Source: Candidatus Bathyarchaeia archaeon
Lineage (GTDB): Archaea > Thermoproteota > Bathyarchaeia > Bathyarchaeales > DTEX01
Assembly (NCBI GenBank): GCA_038897035.1
Contig: JAWAXF010000005.1
Span: 4,648 to 68,647 of the forward strand
DNA: 64,000 nt
Direction of reading: 5' to 3'
The number at the start of each line of letters is the position of its first letter. Position 1 is the first letter of the stretch. A model generated the notes under the pieces. That model did no database searches and was not told where the DNA came from. It saw only the letters and a list, made by a program, of their open reading frames with translations. Positions 1 through 12,105 of the stretch are shown here, piece after piece. A program made the translations under genes and the position numbers.

Positions 1-148
1 GAAGCCTGACAGAGGTCGAGGGCACATTAAATAAACCTATTACATATGTGCTCAGAGCTAAATGCCCTGTGGCTGTAAAATCCCTTAACGTGCCACAGGG
101 ATCAAATATTATTACTAGGAAGTATTTAGAGGGGGGATTGTTGAGATT

Positions 149-829
149 ATGAGGTTAGGCGCTCTCTTCTCAGGTGGGAAAGATTCATGCTTGGCCATTT
201 ATAGGGCTCAAGCCTCCCATGAAGTTGTATGCCTAATAAATCTGATACCAAGGAGTGTTGAAAGTCAACTTTTCCACTTTCCAAACGCCTGGATAACGAA
301 GTTTCAGGCCGAGGCTATGGAGCTACCAATAATTCAACTAGAGACGAGTGATGAGGAGGAGATGGGATTAGTGGACTTATCCAGGGCCTTAAGATTAGCT
401 GCTAGGGATTTCGGTATTGAGGGAGTTGTCACCGGGGTTGTAAGGTCAGTATACCAAGTAAGTAGAATACGGAGGATATGTGAGGAAATTGGGTTACACT
501 GCCTTAACCCTCTCTGGCTTAAGAGAGCGGAGGATATATTGAACGAGGTTTTAGAGGAAGGATTTGTCGCTATGATAACCGGAGTTTTCGCATACCCCCT
601 AAACGAAAGACTCCTTGGAAAAATTATAACTGTAGATTTAGCTGAGGAACTCTTAGACTTAAGTAAGAAATATGGCTTTGATGCGGCTGGTGAGGGTGGC
701 GAAATAGAAACAACGGTGCTAGATGGGCCTATCTTCAAGAGGAGGATAGAGGTCACAGATTACGAGGTTTCCTATAGGGAGTATTCTGGAATATTACGGA
801 TAAAGGGCTTAAGGTTAATCCCCAAATAA
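149..829 (+). CDS. PP-loop ATP pyrophosphatase, diphthine-ammonia ligase (Dph6 / MJ0570-like)
   Basis: N-terminal PP-loop motif 'LFSGGKDSC'. Size (226 aa) and overall pattern match the archaeal MJ0570 family. Confidence 0.7.
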   Translation: MRLGALFSGGKDSCLAIYRAQASHEVVCLINLIPRSVESQLFHFPNAWITKFQAEAMELPIIQLETSDEEEMGLVDLSRALRLAARDFGIEGVVTGVVRSVYQVSRIRRICEEIGLHCLNPLWLKRAEDILNEVLEEGFVAMITGVFAYPLNERLLGKIITVDLAEELLDLSKKYGFDAAGEGGEIETTVLDGPIFKRRIEVTDYEVSYREYSGILRIKGLRLIPK

Positions 830-871
830 GGTTTTATGAAATGAAAATCACCTTTTTAATTCAGAAAAAGC

Positions 872-1633
872 CTAATTGATCTCGAATATTCTCTTCGCGT
901 TCTCCGTTGTTTTCTCAGCCACAACCCTTACACTCTCGCCTTTTAACTCAGCTACAGCATTTAAGGCTTTAATTATATGGGCTGGCTCAGAGGGCTCACC
1001 AGCATAGACTACAGGTGTATCCGTCTCCAAGATTATGTTCTCTAGGGGCGTGTTCTCAATAACCCTTCTATGCTCTCTACTATAGGCGGCTGCGGGCGTA
1101 GCGGAAATACTATATCCATGATCAAGCAGCTTCTTGAGGGTGTCAAGGGGTCCGCTAAACCAGTGGAAGACCGCCTTTTTAACCCCTGCTTCTATGGTCA
1201 TGTTGACACAGTCCATCCAAGCCCCCCTACTATGAACGGACACAGGCTTATTGCTTCTCTTTGCCAAACTAAGTATTCTCCAGAAAACATCTCTCTGAAT
1301 CCCCCTAACATTATTGTTCTTTCTCGCCTCCTTATACCAGTAATCTAATCCGACTTCACCTAAGGCGGCTACATTGTTTACGTTTTTCTCAATTAAGTCA
1401 ATTGTCTCTTTGATCTTTAATACGTCTAAGCCCCATGGGTGAATGCCAAGCGCCGGGTAAATCTTTAACTTCCTAGTTCCATATTTTCGGCTCTCACATA
1501 AAACCCACATATTGGACTCATAATCAGAGCCAACGGCTATTACTGCTATAACACCAACCCTTGCGGCTCTTCTAATGGCGCTCTTTAAACTCTTAACACT
1601 TTCTAAATGAGCATGTGTATCTATTAATTCCAT
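872..1633 (-). CDS. TatD-family metal-dependent hydrolase
   Basis: N-terminal 'IDTHAHL' metal-binding motif, later 'HS/HWFSG' and 'ETDTP' motifs typical of TatD. 253 aa. Confidence 0.8.
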   Translation of the reverse strand: MELIDTHAHLESVKSLKSAIRRAARVGVIAVIAVGSDYESNMWVLCESRKYGTRKLKIYPALGIHPWGLDVLKIKETIDLIEKNVNNVAALGEVGLDYWYKEARKNNNVRGIQRDVFWRILSLAKRSNKPVSVHSRGAWMDCVNMTIEAGVKKAVFHWFSGPLDTLKKLLDHGYSISATPAAAYSREHRRVIENTPLENIILETDTPVVYAGEPSEPAHIIKALNAVAELKGESVRVVAEKTTENAKRIFEIN

Positions 1634-1980
1634 AATAATAACTCCCCGTTTTAAAAATCACAATATTTTGTGATGAGGCTTTCTAATAAACCTTCATTGA
1701 AGCTTTATCTATAAATTGATTTACTCTAAAGGCATAAAGGTTAAATCCTGCAGAAAAATAAGTAATTAAAATCCTAGCTGAATAAAATGGTCAAGTTCGC
1801 AGAAGGTGTAAGCATGCGAATAACCATTATAAGGAGAAGGGTCTTTGAAGGTCTGATCTCTCAAGATCTTCTATTCCGAGAATATAGAGAGACCCCGCTG
1901 ATTAGCTTTGCTTCTAATAGCGAAAACTTGTTTTCCCCAGATGCCCACTTTAATTGTGACTGGTAATTAGGTGATTCATT

Positions 1981-3190
1981 ATGAATAAGGAGTGCTACAT
2001 GGCTGTAGTGAACATAAAACAAGATTACTGTAGTCGTTGTCTAATCTGTTATAGTGTTTGCCCCTACGAAGCTATTAAACTTGACGCGGAGACTGGAGCA
2101 TTAGAAATAGATAATCAAAAATGTCAGGTATGCGGAATATGCTATGGTGCCTGCCCATCCCGAGCGATAGAAATCGCCTATTATGATTACTCTGACTTAA
2201 TCAAGTATACTGAGGAGATTATGCAAAGAACAAAAGCTGACACGTTGGTATACACATGTCGTGGTAACTCACCCACTTTTGAAGAGATTAAGGAGTTACT
2301 CGCAAGTGAGAGGCTTATAGCAGAGAATATTGTGTCTTTACGTCTTCCATGCTCAGGAAGAGTACCGATGGAGTTTATTTTTAGTGCTCTAAAAGCTGGA
2401 GCTAAGAAGATAATATCTATACGGTGTAATGATGAATTTTGCCGCTTTAAGAAGGGATCAAGGATCAACGCTATACGTCTGAGCATAGGCAAAAAGATTC
2501 TTGAGATCTTGGGATATCCGGGCGACGCAATTGCCGCCATTGAATATTCACGAAAAGCTGTTTATTTCACAGAGAAATGCGTTGGATGTGATAAATGTGT
2601 TTTTGTTTGTCCTTATAAAGCCATTGAGGCCGAGAGTTTCGCAACACCAAAAATACTTGATGAAAAATGCATGGGCTGCGGCTTATGCGCGTTAGCTTGT
2701 CCACATCATGCAATACAAGTTAAGGGATTTGAATTTGAAAATATTTTAAAGCGCTATACAAGTGCGGCGGCAAAGCTAAAGGCTGAGGGAAAATCCCCCA
2801 TTGTTTTAGTTTTCTGCTGCCTATGGTCAGAGTTCTCCTTCCTCGACAGGCCTGAAATTGAGATTGCCAAAAGGAATTCTGTGGTAATAGAGATCCCATG
2901 TTTCAAAGCCCTCGATCCAGTTCATGTAATCTATGCTCTACAAAATGGTTTTGATGGTGTGATAGCTGTTGTATGCTCAGACGAGGATTGTAAACTTAAG
3001 GAAGGAAGAGACGTTGCTGAAAGAAACATAAGGGTCTTAAAAGATGTTCTTTTAAAAATGGGTCTCAGAGAGCGCTTTGAGCTTTTTGAATCGTCCCCAA
3101 GATTTTTAGGGAACTTTGAAAAAAGACTAAACGATTTTGTAGAAAAGGTTTCAGGTTTCCATGCTAAAGAGAATGTAGGAGGGAAAAGGA

Positions 3191-3198
<8 letters not shown>
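1981..3198 (+). CDS. Polyferredoxin with two MvhD/FlpD-like domains
   Basis: Four CX2CX2CX3CP motifs (CSRCLICYSVCP, CQVCGICYGACP, CVGCDKCVFVCP, CMGCGLCALACP) arranged as two pairs. Each pair is followed by a Cys-rich MvhD/FlpD-like module ('YTCRGNS..LPCSGRV..IRCNDEFCRF' and 'VFCCLWSEF..IPCFKALD..VVCSDEDCKLKEG'). The stop overlaps the next ORF's start. Confidence 0.65.
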
Positions 3199-5426
<2,228 letters not shown>

Positions 5427-5562
5427 TGAAAAGATCTCCCAAATAAGCCTATTCTCTTGATATACTCCTTTTTTATTGAAGACTTCAAAGAAAAATATAA
5501 TAATATTTATTAATTGAAGATTGTTATTCTGTCATAAAATACGATGGTAAGGAGAGCCTGAT

Positions 5563-6288
5563 ATGAAAATATTACACGAGTTCGTTCCAACAAAAAAGTT
5601 TTTGAAGCTTGCGGAAGAAACAAAGGATCTTGTTGATGGGTGGAATATAACTGATAGCGCTGCTGGAAGACCGGCACCAAGCGGGACTGCTGTTGGCTGT
5701 GTTTTGAAGGCTAAGTACACGGACAAGATAGTCATACCGATTTTCGTACTGCACTATAAGGGACCTGTGGAAGTTGGTGGCCTGGCGCTGGCAGCCGAGT
5801 CTGTGGGCTTAGATGGATTAGTTATCACTATGGGCGATATACCTCAGTATGGCGAGCCCATAAAGATGCTTAAGTCCTCTGAGGAGGCACGCGATTTCCT
5901 CCGCACAACCGTCAAAATAAAAAACTTGAAGTTGGGCTGTCTCTTAACAGCCCGCCGCTCGGTAGACGAAGTTGTTGAGAGAATTAAATCCCCATGGGAC
6001 TTCATCTTCTTCATGAGGTTGGAGGAGAAGAATATTTCAATGCTTGAAAAAATATCAGAGGAGTGTAGGAAGCTAAACAAGCCAATTTACTCATACTTCT
6101 TAGTGGGCACGCCTAGAAACGTTGATATTGTAAAGTTAATAGGCTGGCCAGTCACCGCGACAATGGACCGAGTTGAGGAGGTTGCAGTTAAACTCGAAGG
6201 CATTGTTGATGGAGTCATCGCAACGTGTGCTGGAGATTACGAAGGAGATCTAGAACTTTTGAAAAAATTACAAAAATTCAGGAAATAA
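5563..6288 (+). CDS. Methylenetetrahydrofolate reductase (MetF)-like TIM-barrel protein, short form
   Basis: MTHFR-like pattern: 'HEFVPTKK' (compare EhhPP), 'WNITDSAAGRP' (compare VTD.p.G) and 'LDGLVITMGDIP' (compare lL.l.GD.P). Only 241 aa, so the assignment is tentative. Confidence 0.5.
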   Translation: MKILHEFVPTKKFLKLAEETKDLVDGWNITDSAAGRPAPSGTAVGCVLKAKYTDKIVIPIFVLHYKGPVEVGGLALAAESVGLDGLVITMGDIPQYGEPIKMLKSSEEARDFLRTTVKIKNLKLGCLLTARRSVDEVVERIKSPWDFIFFMRLEEKNISMLEKISEECRKLNKPIYSYFLVGTPRNVDIVKLIGWPVTATMDRVEEVAVKLEGIVDGVIATCAGDYEGDLELLKKLQKFRK

Positions 6289-6421
6289 CAACGTGTTAGA
6301 GACTTAAATAACCATCCTTTTCTTTCTTAATTTTTGAGATAAAAAATTGACTTAAATTTAAAATATTTTTTTGGGTTATTCCTTAAGGTGAAGTTGCGGA
6401 GATTGATGGTTGGGAGAAAAG

Positions 6422-7270
6422 ATGAACAGAACTGTCAGAATTGGTGTATTGAAGGCTGGTTGTTTGGGTTCACTACCATTATTAGAATTTCTTTTAGACG
6501 AAAGAGCTGAAAGAGAGGATATTGGTGTAAGGGTTATTGGTTCTGGAGCGAAAGTAACCGTGGAGGAATGTATTGAGTGCGCTAATGAGATTTTAAAGCA
6601 GAACCCTGATATCATAATATTTGTTGGACCAGCCCAGACGACATCTGGGCCGACTGAGGCACGTAAGGTACTCAGAAAAGCAGGTAAACCAGTAGTAGTT
6701 ATTTCAGATACCCCGGCAAAGAGGATCATTAAGGAGCTTGAGGAAAACGGCTTCGGGTATATAATTGTTGAGGCAGACTCGATGATAGGTGCTAGAAGAG
6801 AATTTCTAGATCCATCAGAAATGGCCCTCTATAATTCTGATGTAATTAAAGTTCTAGCCATAACCGGGGTTCTAAATATTATAGTTGAGGAGCTTGATAA
6901 AGCAATTAGCGCAATCAAATCCGGAGAAAAACCTATTTTACCAAGAGTGGTAATAGACGGTAAGGTAGTTGCTGAGAGATCTGGTTTTTCAAATCCATAC
7001 GCTAGGGCGAAGGCTATGGCGGCTTATGAGATGGCTAAGCAGGTTTCAGCAATGACCATTGAGGCTTGCTTTAAAATATATGACCCAGGGCTTTATATTC
7101 CATTGGTTACCGCAGCGCATGAGCTCATGAGGGTTGCTTCAAAACTAGCTGACGAAGCCAGAGAAATCGAGAAGGAGAATGATTCTGTACTGAGGAAACC
7201 ACATTACAAGGATGGCTCAATTGGAGTAAAAAGAAGCTTGATGGAGAAGCCATCTAAGATAACCAGTTAA
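6422..7270 (+). CDS. mtd: F420-dependent methylenetetrahydromethanopterin dehydrogenase
   Basis: Collinear match to methanogen Mtd as I recall it: 'LLDERAEREDI', 'GARREFLDPSEMALYN', 'NPYARAKAMAAYE', 'LADEAREIEKENDSVLRKPH'. The ATG at 6422 lies inside the listed ORF. Confidence 0.85.
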   Translation: MNRTVRIGVLKAGCLGSLPLLEFLLDERAEREDIGVRVIGSGAKVTVEECIECANEILKQNPDIIIFVGPAQTTSGPTEARKVLRKAGKPVVVISDTPAKRIIKELEENGFGYIIVEADSMIGARREFLDPSEMALYNSDVIKVLAITGVLNIIVEELDKAISAIKSGEKPILPRVVIDGKVVAERSGFSNPYARAKAMAAYEMAKQVSAMTIEACFKIYDPGLYIPLVTAAHELMRVASKLADEAREIEKENDSVLRKPHYKDGSIGVKRSLMEKPSKITS

Positions 7271-7327
7271 ATGTAAACGAATATAAGATAGTCTTAAGGA
7301 AAAACAAAAAGAAAAAGGGTGGTGCTT

Positions 7328-7600
7328 ATGCCGGCAATAGAGGTTGGTAGAATCTGTATAAAGACTAGAGGGAGGGAGTCTGGCAAGCGTTGCGTAGTAC
7401 TAGACATTATAGATAGGAACTATGCGCTGATAACAGGCCCAAAAAATGTTACGGGCGTTAGGAGAAGGAGAGTGAATATAAATCATCTTAAACCCACAGA
7501 AGACCTTATTAAGATAAAGAGAGGGGCATCTGATGAGGAAGTCTATAAGGCTATCGTAGAGGCAGGACTACTTGAAAAATATATGCAGAAGAGGGGATAA
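7328..7600 (+). CDS. rpl14e: 50S ribosomal protein L14e
   Basis: 'MPAIEVGRICIKTRGRESGKRCVV..ITGPK..GVRRRRVNINHLKPT' is typical L14e. Confidence 0.85.
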   Translation: MPAIEVGRICIKTRGRESGKRCVVLDIIDRNYALITGPKNVTGVRRRRVNINHLKPTEDLIKIKRGASDEEVYKAIVEAGLLEKYMQKRG

Positions 7601-7628
7601 TTATTATAGCCTTAGTAATCGGGGGATT

Positions 7629-8659
7629 ATGATAAAAATGCAGGAGATTAGAGCGCCATGGGATATAAAAAGGGAACTTCTGGTGAAATCTGAGGATGAA
7701 ACAGATCCAAAATATGGCCACAAACCAGAGGAGCGGCCATATCCCGAAATAATAAGGTTCGGTGTAATAAACCTCGACAAGCCTTCAGGGCCATCTAGCC
7801 ACGAGGTAACGGCATGGATTAAGCGCATATTAGGTATCGAGCATGCCGGTCACGGAGGGACCCTAGAGCCCACTTATAGGTCAGCGGGCGTGGAAACCCC
7901 AAGGTGACCGGCGTCCTACCGATAGCTCTTGAGGAAGCTACAAAGGTTATTCAGGCGCTCCTAAAAGCTGGCAAAGAGTACGTTGGCATAATGAAACTTC
8001 ATGAAGATGTTCCTGAAGTGAGAATCAGAGAGGTTTCTAGCGAATTTCAAGGCAAAATCTATCAGAGACCCCCTTTCAGAGCTTCTGTTAAAAGGACTTT
8101 ACGGGTTAGGGCCATTTATTATTTTGAGATATTAGAGGTCGAGGGGAGAAATATTCTTTTTAAGGTTGGATGTGAGGCTGGAACCTACATTAGAAAGCTC
8201 ATTCATGATATTGGTAAGGCTCTGGGCTGTGGCGCGCATATGCAGGAGCTGCGTAGGATTAGAGCTGGTCCCCTTACAGAGGATTCAGGTCTCGTTACGC
8301 TACATGATGTTTTATACCTCTACGGCAGGTGGAAGGAGACAAGAGAAATTGGTTTCCTCAGAAGATTCATCATGCCGATGGAGAAAACTCTTGAATTTCT
8401 TCCAAAAGTCTTCATTAAGGACTCGGCGGTGGATGCCATCTGCCACGGCGCGCACCTAACTGCCCCAGGTATAACGTATATTGAAACTGGTATAAAGCCG
8501 ATGGATACCGTTGCCATATTCACATTAAAGGGCGAAGCGGTAGCTCTAGGAAGAGCAGAGGTGAGCACCGAAGAAATGCTTAAGGCCACTCATGGAATAA
8601 TGGTTAAGACAGAAAGAGTGCTAATGCCCAGAGGAATATACCCAAAAATGTGGAGATAA
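7629..8659 (+). CDS. cbf5: H/ACA RNP pseudouridine synthase Cbf5 (TruB family), interrupted by a 29-nt BHB-type intron (exon 1 7629-7866, exon 2 7896-8659)
   Basis: ORFs 7572-7907 and 7904-8659 are the N- and C-terminal parts of Cbf5 in different frames. Removing 7867-7895 joins '..HAGHGGTL' to 'DPKVTGVLPIALEEATK', restoring the universal catalytic-Asp motif GGTLDPKVTG and a 333-aa protein with a C-terminal PUA domain. Confidence 0.85.
7867..7895 (+). other. Predicted archaeal BHB (splicing-endonuclease) intron within cbf5 pre-mRNA
   Basis: Inner helix GCCC(7868-71)/GGGC(7886-89). 3-nt bulges AGA (7865-67) and AAA (7894-96). Relaxed 4-bp central helix CCCU(7861-64)/GUGG(7890-93). Outer exon-exon helix GCCGGUCAC(7845-53)/GUGACCGGC(7904-12). 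Cleavage after the 2nd bulge nucleotide gives the in-frame junction cta g|ac ccc. Confidence 0.6.
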
Positions 8660-8936
8660 TATTAGATAACATAACTAATAGAACCCTACTAGGTTGGAGA
8701 ACTTAAAGGCTTCTATAGCCAGGTGCGGTAGGGCGGGAAATTTTATTAGAAGCAGGTTACATGTGCCTGCGAGCTCAGGCCAGAAATTTAGAGCAGAAAG
8801 CCCGCCACCCATGTTAAGCCGCGTTGGACTTGTGAGCCCTATAAAAGCGAATATGTCCAAGCCACTCCAATAACCTTTAATTTCAGAAGAGTCAAATATG
8901 TTACAATTCATGCCCAACTGGAGTTAGACACTGACC

Positions 8937-10058
8937 ATGAGTATACCGGAAATCGAAGCTCTAAAAGAACTCTCCTTTGAGATAGGCGCGATTAGACCAC
9001 CCTCTGAAGGCGGGAGCTCATCACTTCTCATAAGAGCCGCCCGAAATTGCCCATGGAGCCAGTGTAAGTTCTGCTATGGCACACCTTATAACCAAGAGAA
9101 GTTTCAGCTCAGGAGTTTAGAAAAGATAAAAAGAGACATAGATGTGGTTAAGGCAATAAGCGAGCTTATAATAGCTATAGCTAGAAAACTTGGGGGAATG
9201 AGTTGGGCAGCCAAAGTTATTGATCCCTACTTTTTATATGGAAAGAACTTGGCTGAATTAGATGAGAAAGAATTTAGGAATTTTCAAAGTATTATGAACG
9301 TGTTTAACTGGACTCGCTCAGGAGGAAAAAGTGCTTTCCTTCAGGATGCGGATAGTCTAATCATACCAACTGATAAGCTGGTTGAAGTGCTAACTTATCT
9401 TAAGCAGATTTTTCCAAGCTTAGAGAGGATAACATCTTATGCCAGAGCAAAGACCCTTGCACGGAAGGCTTCAGAAGAATTAAGAGAATTACGCGCAGCA
9501 GGTCTTTCCAGGCTTCACGTAGGCTTAGAAACAGGCGATGATGAATTGCTGAAATATGTTAATAAAGGCGTGACCAGCCAGGAACTTGTTTTGGCTGGCA
9601 GGAAAGTTAAGGATGCGGGCTTTGAGCTCTCATTATATTGGATGCCAGGATTGGGCGGAAAAATCATGACAAAGCAGCATGCAATAAATACTGCCAAAGT
9701 TTTAAATGAGATAAATCCTGACTTCGTGAGGTCGAGAAGATTCATTCCCCGTAAAGGGACCCCGCTATATGAGGAGTGGAAGAACGGTGTGTTTCAACTA
9801 CTTTCACCTCACGAAGAGCTGAGAGAAATCCGAATGATGGTAGAACGCTTGGAAATCACCGGGAGAGTTTGCTTTGACCACTACATCAACCCAGCTTACA
9901 GAACCAATTTTGGTTACGTTTGGCTCTTCAAGCAAGACTATAATGGATATAAGTTTCCAGAGGAAAAATCTAAAGTTCTAGAAATCATAGAGTATGGTCT
10001 AAAGATAGATGAAGCATTATACGTCCGTGCTGAAGATTTGGTTGAAATGCCGCTCTAA
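8937..10058 (+). CDS. Radical SAM domain protein
   Basis: Cys triad 'NCPWSQCKFCYG' near the N-terminus, with downstream 'LHVGLETGDDELL'-type TIM-barrel motifs of Elp3/MiaB-like radical SAM enzymes. The spacing is CX4CX2C rather than the canonical CX3CX2C. Confidence 0.6.
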   Translation: MSIPEIEALKELSFEIGAIRPPSEGGSSSLLIRAARNCPWSQCKFCYGTPYNQEKFQLRSLEKIKRDIDVVKAISELIIAIARKLGGMSWAAKVIDPYFLYGKNLAELDEKEFRNFQSIMNVFNWTRSGGKSAFLQDADSLIIPTDKLVEVLTYLKQIFPSLERITSYARAKTLARKASEELRELRAAGLSRLHVGLETGDDELLKYVNKGVTSQELVLAGRKVKDAGFELSLYWMPGLGGKIMTKQHAINTAKVLNEINPDFVRSRRFIPRKGTPLYEEWKNGVFQLLSPHEELREIRMMVERLEITGRVCFDHYINPAYRTNFGYVWLFKQDYNGYKFPEEKSKVLEIIEYGLKIDEALYVRAEDLVEMPL

Positions 10059-10154
10059 CGATAAGTAAAATGGTTAGTATTGTTTGTGGGGCATCTTTTA
10101 AGAAAATTTTTAAGTCTCTTTAAATTTTCTTATGTTTAAGCCTGGTTGATCGAT

Positions 10155-11414
10155 ATGGGTAAAACTATAGCAGAAAAAATATTTAGTTTAGCCTCTGGGA
10201 AGGACGTTTATGCAGGAGATATAGTTGTGGCTAAAGTGGATGCCGCTATGGTTCATGATGGAACTGCGCTACTAGCTCTTGAAGCCTTCGAGGATATGGG
10301 GGGAAAGAGCGTTTGGGATCCATCGAGAGTCTTAGTGGTCATAGACCATGTTGCCCCCAGCTCGAATGAGAGCTTTGCAAAAGTTCATGAATCTATGCGT
10401 AGATTCGCACACAAATATGGCACAAGAATCTGCGACGTGGGATCCGGTATATGCCATCAACTCATGGTTGAGTCCGGGTTAGTTCGCCCCGGCTCATTAA
10501 TTGTTGGCGCCGACTCACATACGTGCACGTATGGCGCTCTGGGAGCATTTTCAACCGGGATAGGCTCAACAGAAATGGCGGCGGCTCTTATGTCGGGTAA
10601 ATTGTGGTTTAAGGTTCCAGGAACGATTAGAATTGAAATAAATGGCTCGCTGCTACCCATGGTTTTACCTAAGGATTTAATCCTAAAAATAGTTGGCAAT
10701 ATAGGAGCTGATGGCGCAACATATAGGGCTGTAGAGTATTGCGGCGAGACCATTAAAAACATGAGCATTGATGGTCGTCTAACACTCTGCAATATGGCCG
10801 TTGAAATGGGCGCAAAATCCGGGATAATTGAACCGGATGAAAAGACAAAGGAATATTTACGCAGCATTGGTGTTAAAGACTACATATTCATCGAAAATGA
10901 CGAAGATGCGGAGTACTCTGAAAAGATCAGCATCAAAGCATCAGATTTGGAGCCAATGGTTGCATGCCCCCATTCGGTTGATAATGTTAAGCCAGTTAAA
11001 GATGTCGAGGGGATCGAGGTTGACCAGGTTTTTCTAGGCTCGTGCACAAACGGGCGTATCGAAGACTTAAGGATTGCCTCAGAAATACTTAAAGGAAGAA
11101 AAATCAAGAGTGGTGTCAGAATGATAGTTATTCCAGCCTCCAGAAGCGTATATTTGCAAGCCTTAAGGGAGGGGTTGATTGAGAGATTTATTGAAGCTGG
11201 TTGCGTAGTGTGTAATCCTGGGTGTGGCCCATGTGCTGGAGCCCATCAGGGAATCCTAGGCCCTGAAGAAGTTTGCCTATCGACATCCAATAGGAACTTT
11301 AAGGGCAGGATGGGGAGCGCCGATGCAGAGATTTATCTGGCGTCACCCGCAACCGCGGCGGCCTCGGCCCTTGAAGGAAAAATAACTGATCCAAGAAAAT
11401 TACTAAAGCGTTAG
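10155..11414 (+). CDS. 3-isopropylmalate / homoaconitate dehydratase large subunit (aconitase family)
   Basis: Aconitase-family motifs 'DHVAPS', 'GADSHT', 'GSCTNGR' and 'PGCGPCAG'. 419 aa, followed by the small subunit. Confidence 0.85.
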   Translation: MGKTIAEKIFSLASGKDVYAGDIVVAKVDAAMVHDGTALLALEAFEDMGGKSVWDPSRVLVVIDHVAPSSNESFAKVHESMRRFAHKYGTRICDVGSGICHQLMVESGLVRPGSLIVGADSHTCTYGALGAFSTGIGSTEMAAALMSGKLWFKVPGTIRIEINGSLLPMVLPKDLILKIVGNIGADGATYRAVEYCGETIKNMSIDGRLTLCNMAVEMGAKSGIIEPDEKTKEYLRSIGVKDYIFIENDEDAEYSEKISIKASDLEPMVACPHSVDNVKPVKDVEGIEVDQVFLGSCTNGRIEDLRIASEILKGRKIKSGVRMIVIPASRSVYLQALREGLIERFIEAGCVVCNPGCGPCAGAHQGILGPEEVCLSTSNRNFKGRMGSADAEIYLASPATAAASALEGKITDPRKLLKR

Positions 11415-11425
11415 AGAGAGGCGGT

Positions 11426-11929
11426 ATGATGGTAATTAAAGGTCGTGTATGGAAGTTTGGCGACAATATAAACACGGACCTGATCATAGCGGGGAAATAC
11501 AAGCTCAGCATAACCGACATCAGCGAGCTTTCAAAGCATGCTATGGAAGCGCTAATACCCGGATTCGCCGAAAAAGTGAGCAGGGGGGACATAATTGTCG
11601 CCGGAAAGAATTTTGGTTGCGGATCAAGCAGGGAGCAGGCACCACTCGTTTTAAAGCATATAGGCATAGGCGCCGTTATCGCTGAATCGTTCGCAAGAAT
11701 ATTTTATAGAAATGCGATAAATATTGGTCTACCAGTTTTAGAATGCAAGGAGGTCCATAAGATTTCCAGCGGGGATATTTTGGAGGTTGACCTGGCTGGC
11801 GGCTCCATCAAAAATATAACCAAAGGCGAGGTTTACAAGGTTAAGCCTATCCCATCATCTCTATTAGAAATCCTAGCCGAGGGCGGCTTAGTCAGCTATG
11901 TTAAGAAGCACGGAAAGCTACCATGGTAA
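11426..11929 (+). CDS. 3-isopropylmalate / homoaconitate dehydratase small subunit
   Basis: LeuD/HacB-like '[14 protein letters not shown]' motif. 167 aa, adjacent to the large subunit. Confidence 0.85.
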   Translation: MMVIKGRVWKFGDNINTDLIIAGKYKLSITDISELSKHAMEALIPGFAEKVSRGDIIVAGKNFGCGSSREQAPLVLKHIGIGAVIAESFARIFYRNAINIGLPVLECKEVHKISSGDILEVDLAGGSIKNITKGEVYKVKPIPSSLLEILAEGGLVSYVKKHGKLPW

Positions 11930-12105
11930 CATGGTATGAACTGACTTGAATAGCTTTTGAGCGTGATCCCGGAGCAAGTAAATTACACTTACTTATTTTC
12001 TAACTGTATGCTTTCCATTAATGAAGCTCATAACCACGCTAATGCTTACATTCCAGAGAAAAGGGCAAGTATTTGATGGACTAAAGTCAACACAACAATC
12101 TCTTA

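Noticed and set aside
1670-1720. GUGAUGA in the spacer upstream of the MvhD-like gene as a C/D sRNA.
   Set aside because: Only UUGA-type pseudo-D boxes are present, at the wrong spacing, and there is no terminal stem.
7572-8659. An apparent frameshifted or pseudogenised cbf5, seen as two overlapping ORFs in different frames.
   Set aside because: The frame break sits exactly inside the catalytic GGTLD|PKVTG motif. It is bridged by a 29-nt segment with a BHB-like fold whose excision restores the frame. An intron explains this better than gene decay.
8675-8917. An 80-aa minus-strand ORF in the cbf5/radical-SAM spacer, and a possible GGCGGG/CCCGCC-closed RNA structure within it.
   Set aside because: - The ORF has no recognisable motifs and an odd composition.
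- The helix is short (6 bp), with very large unstructured internal loops and no ACA or C/D boxes.
The evidence is too weak for either a CDS or an ncRNA call.
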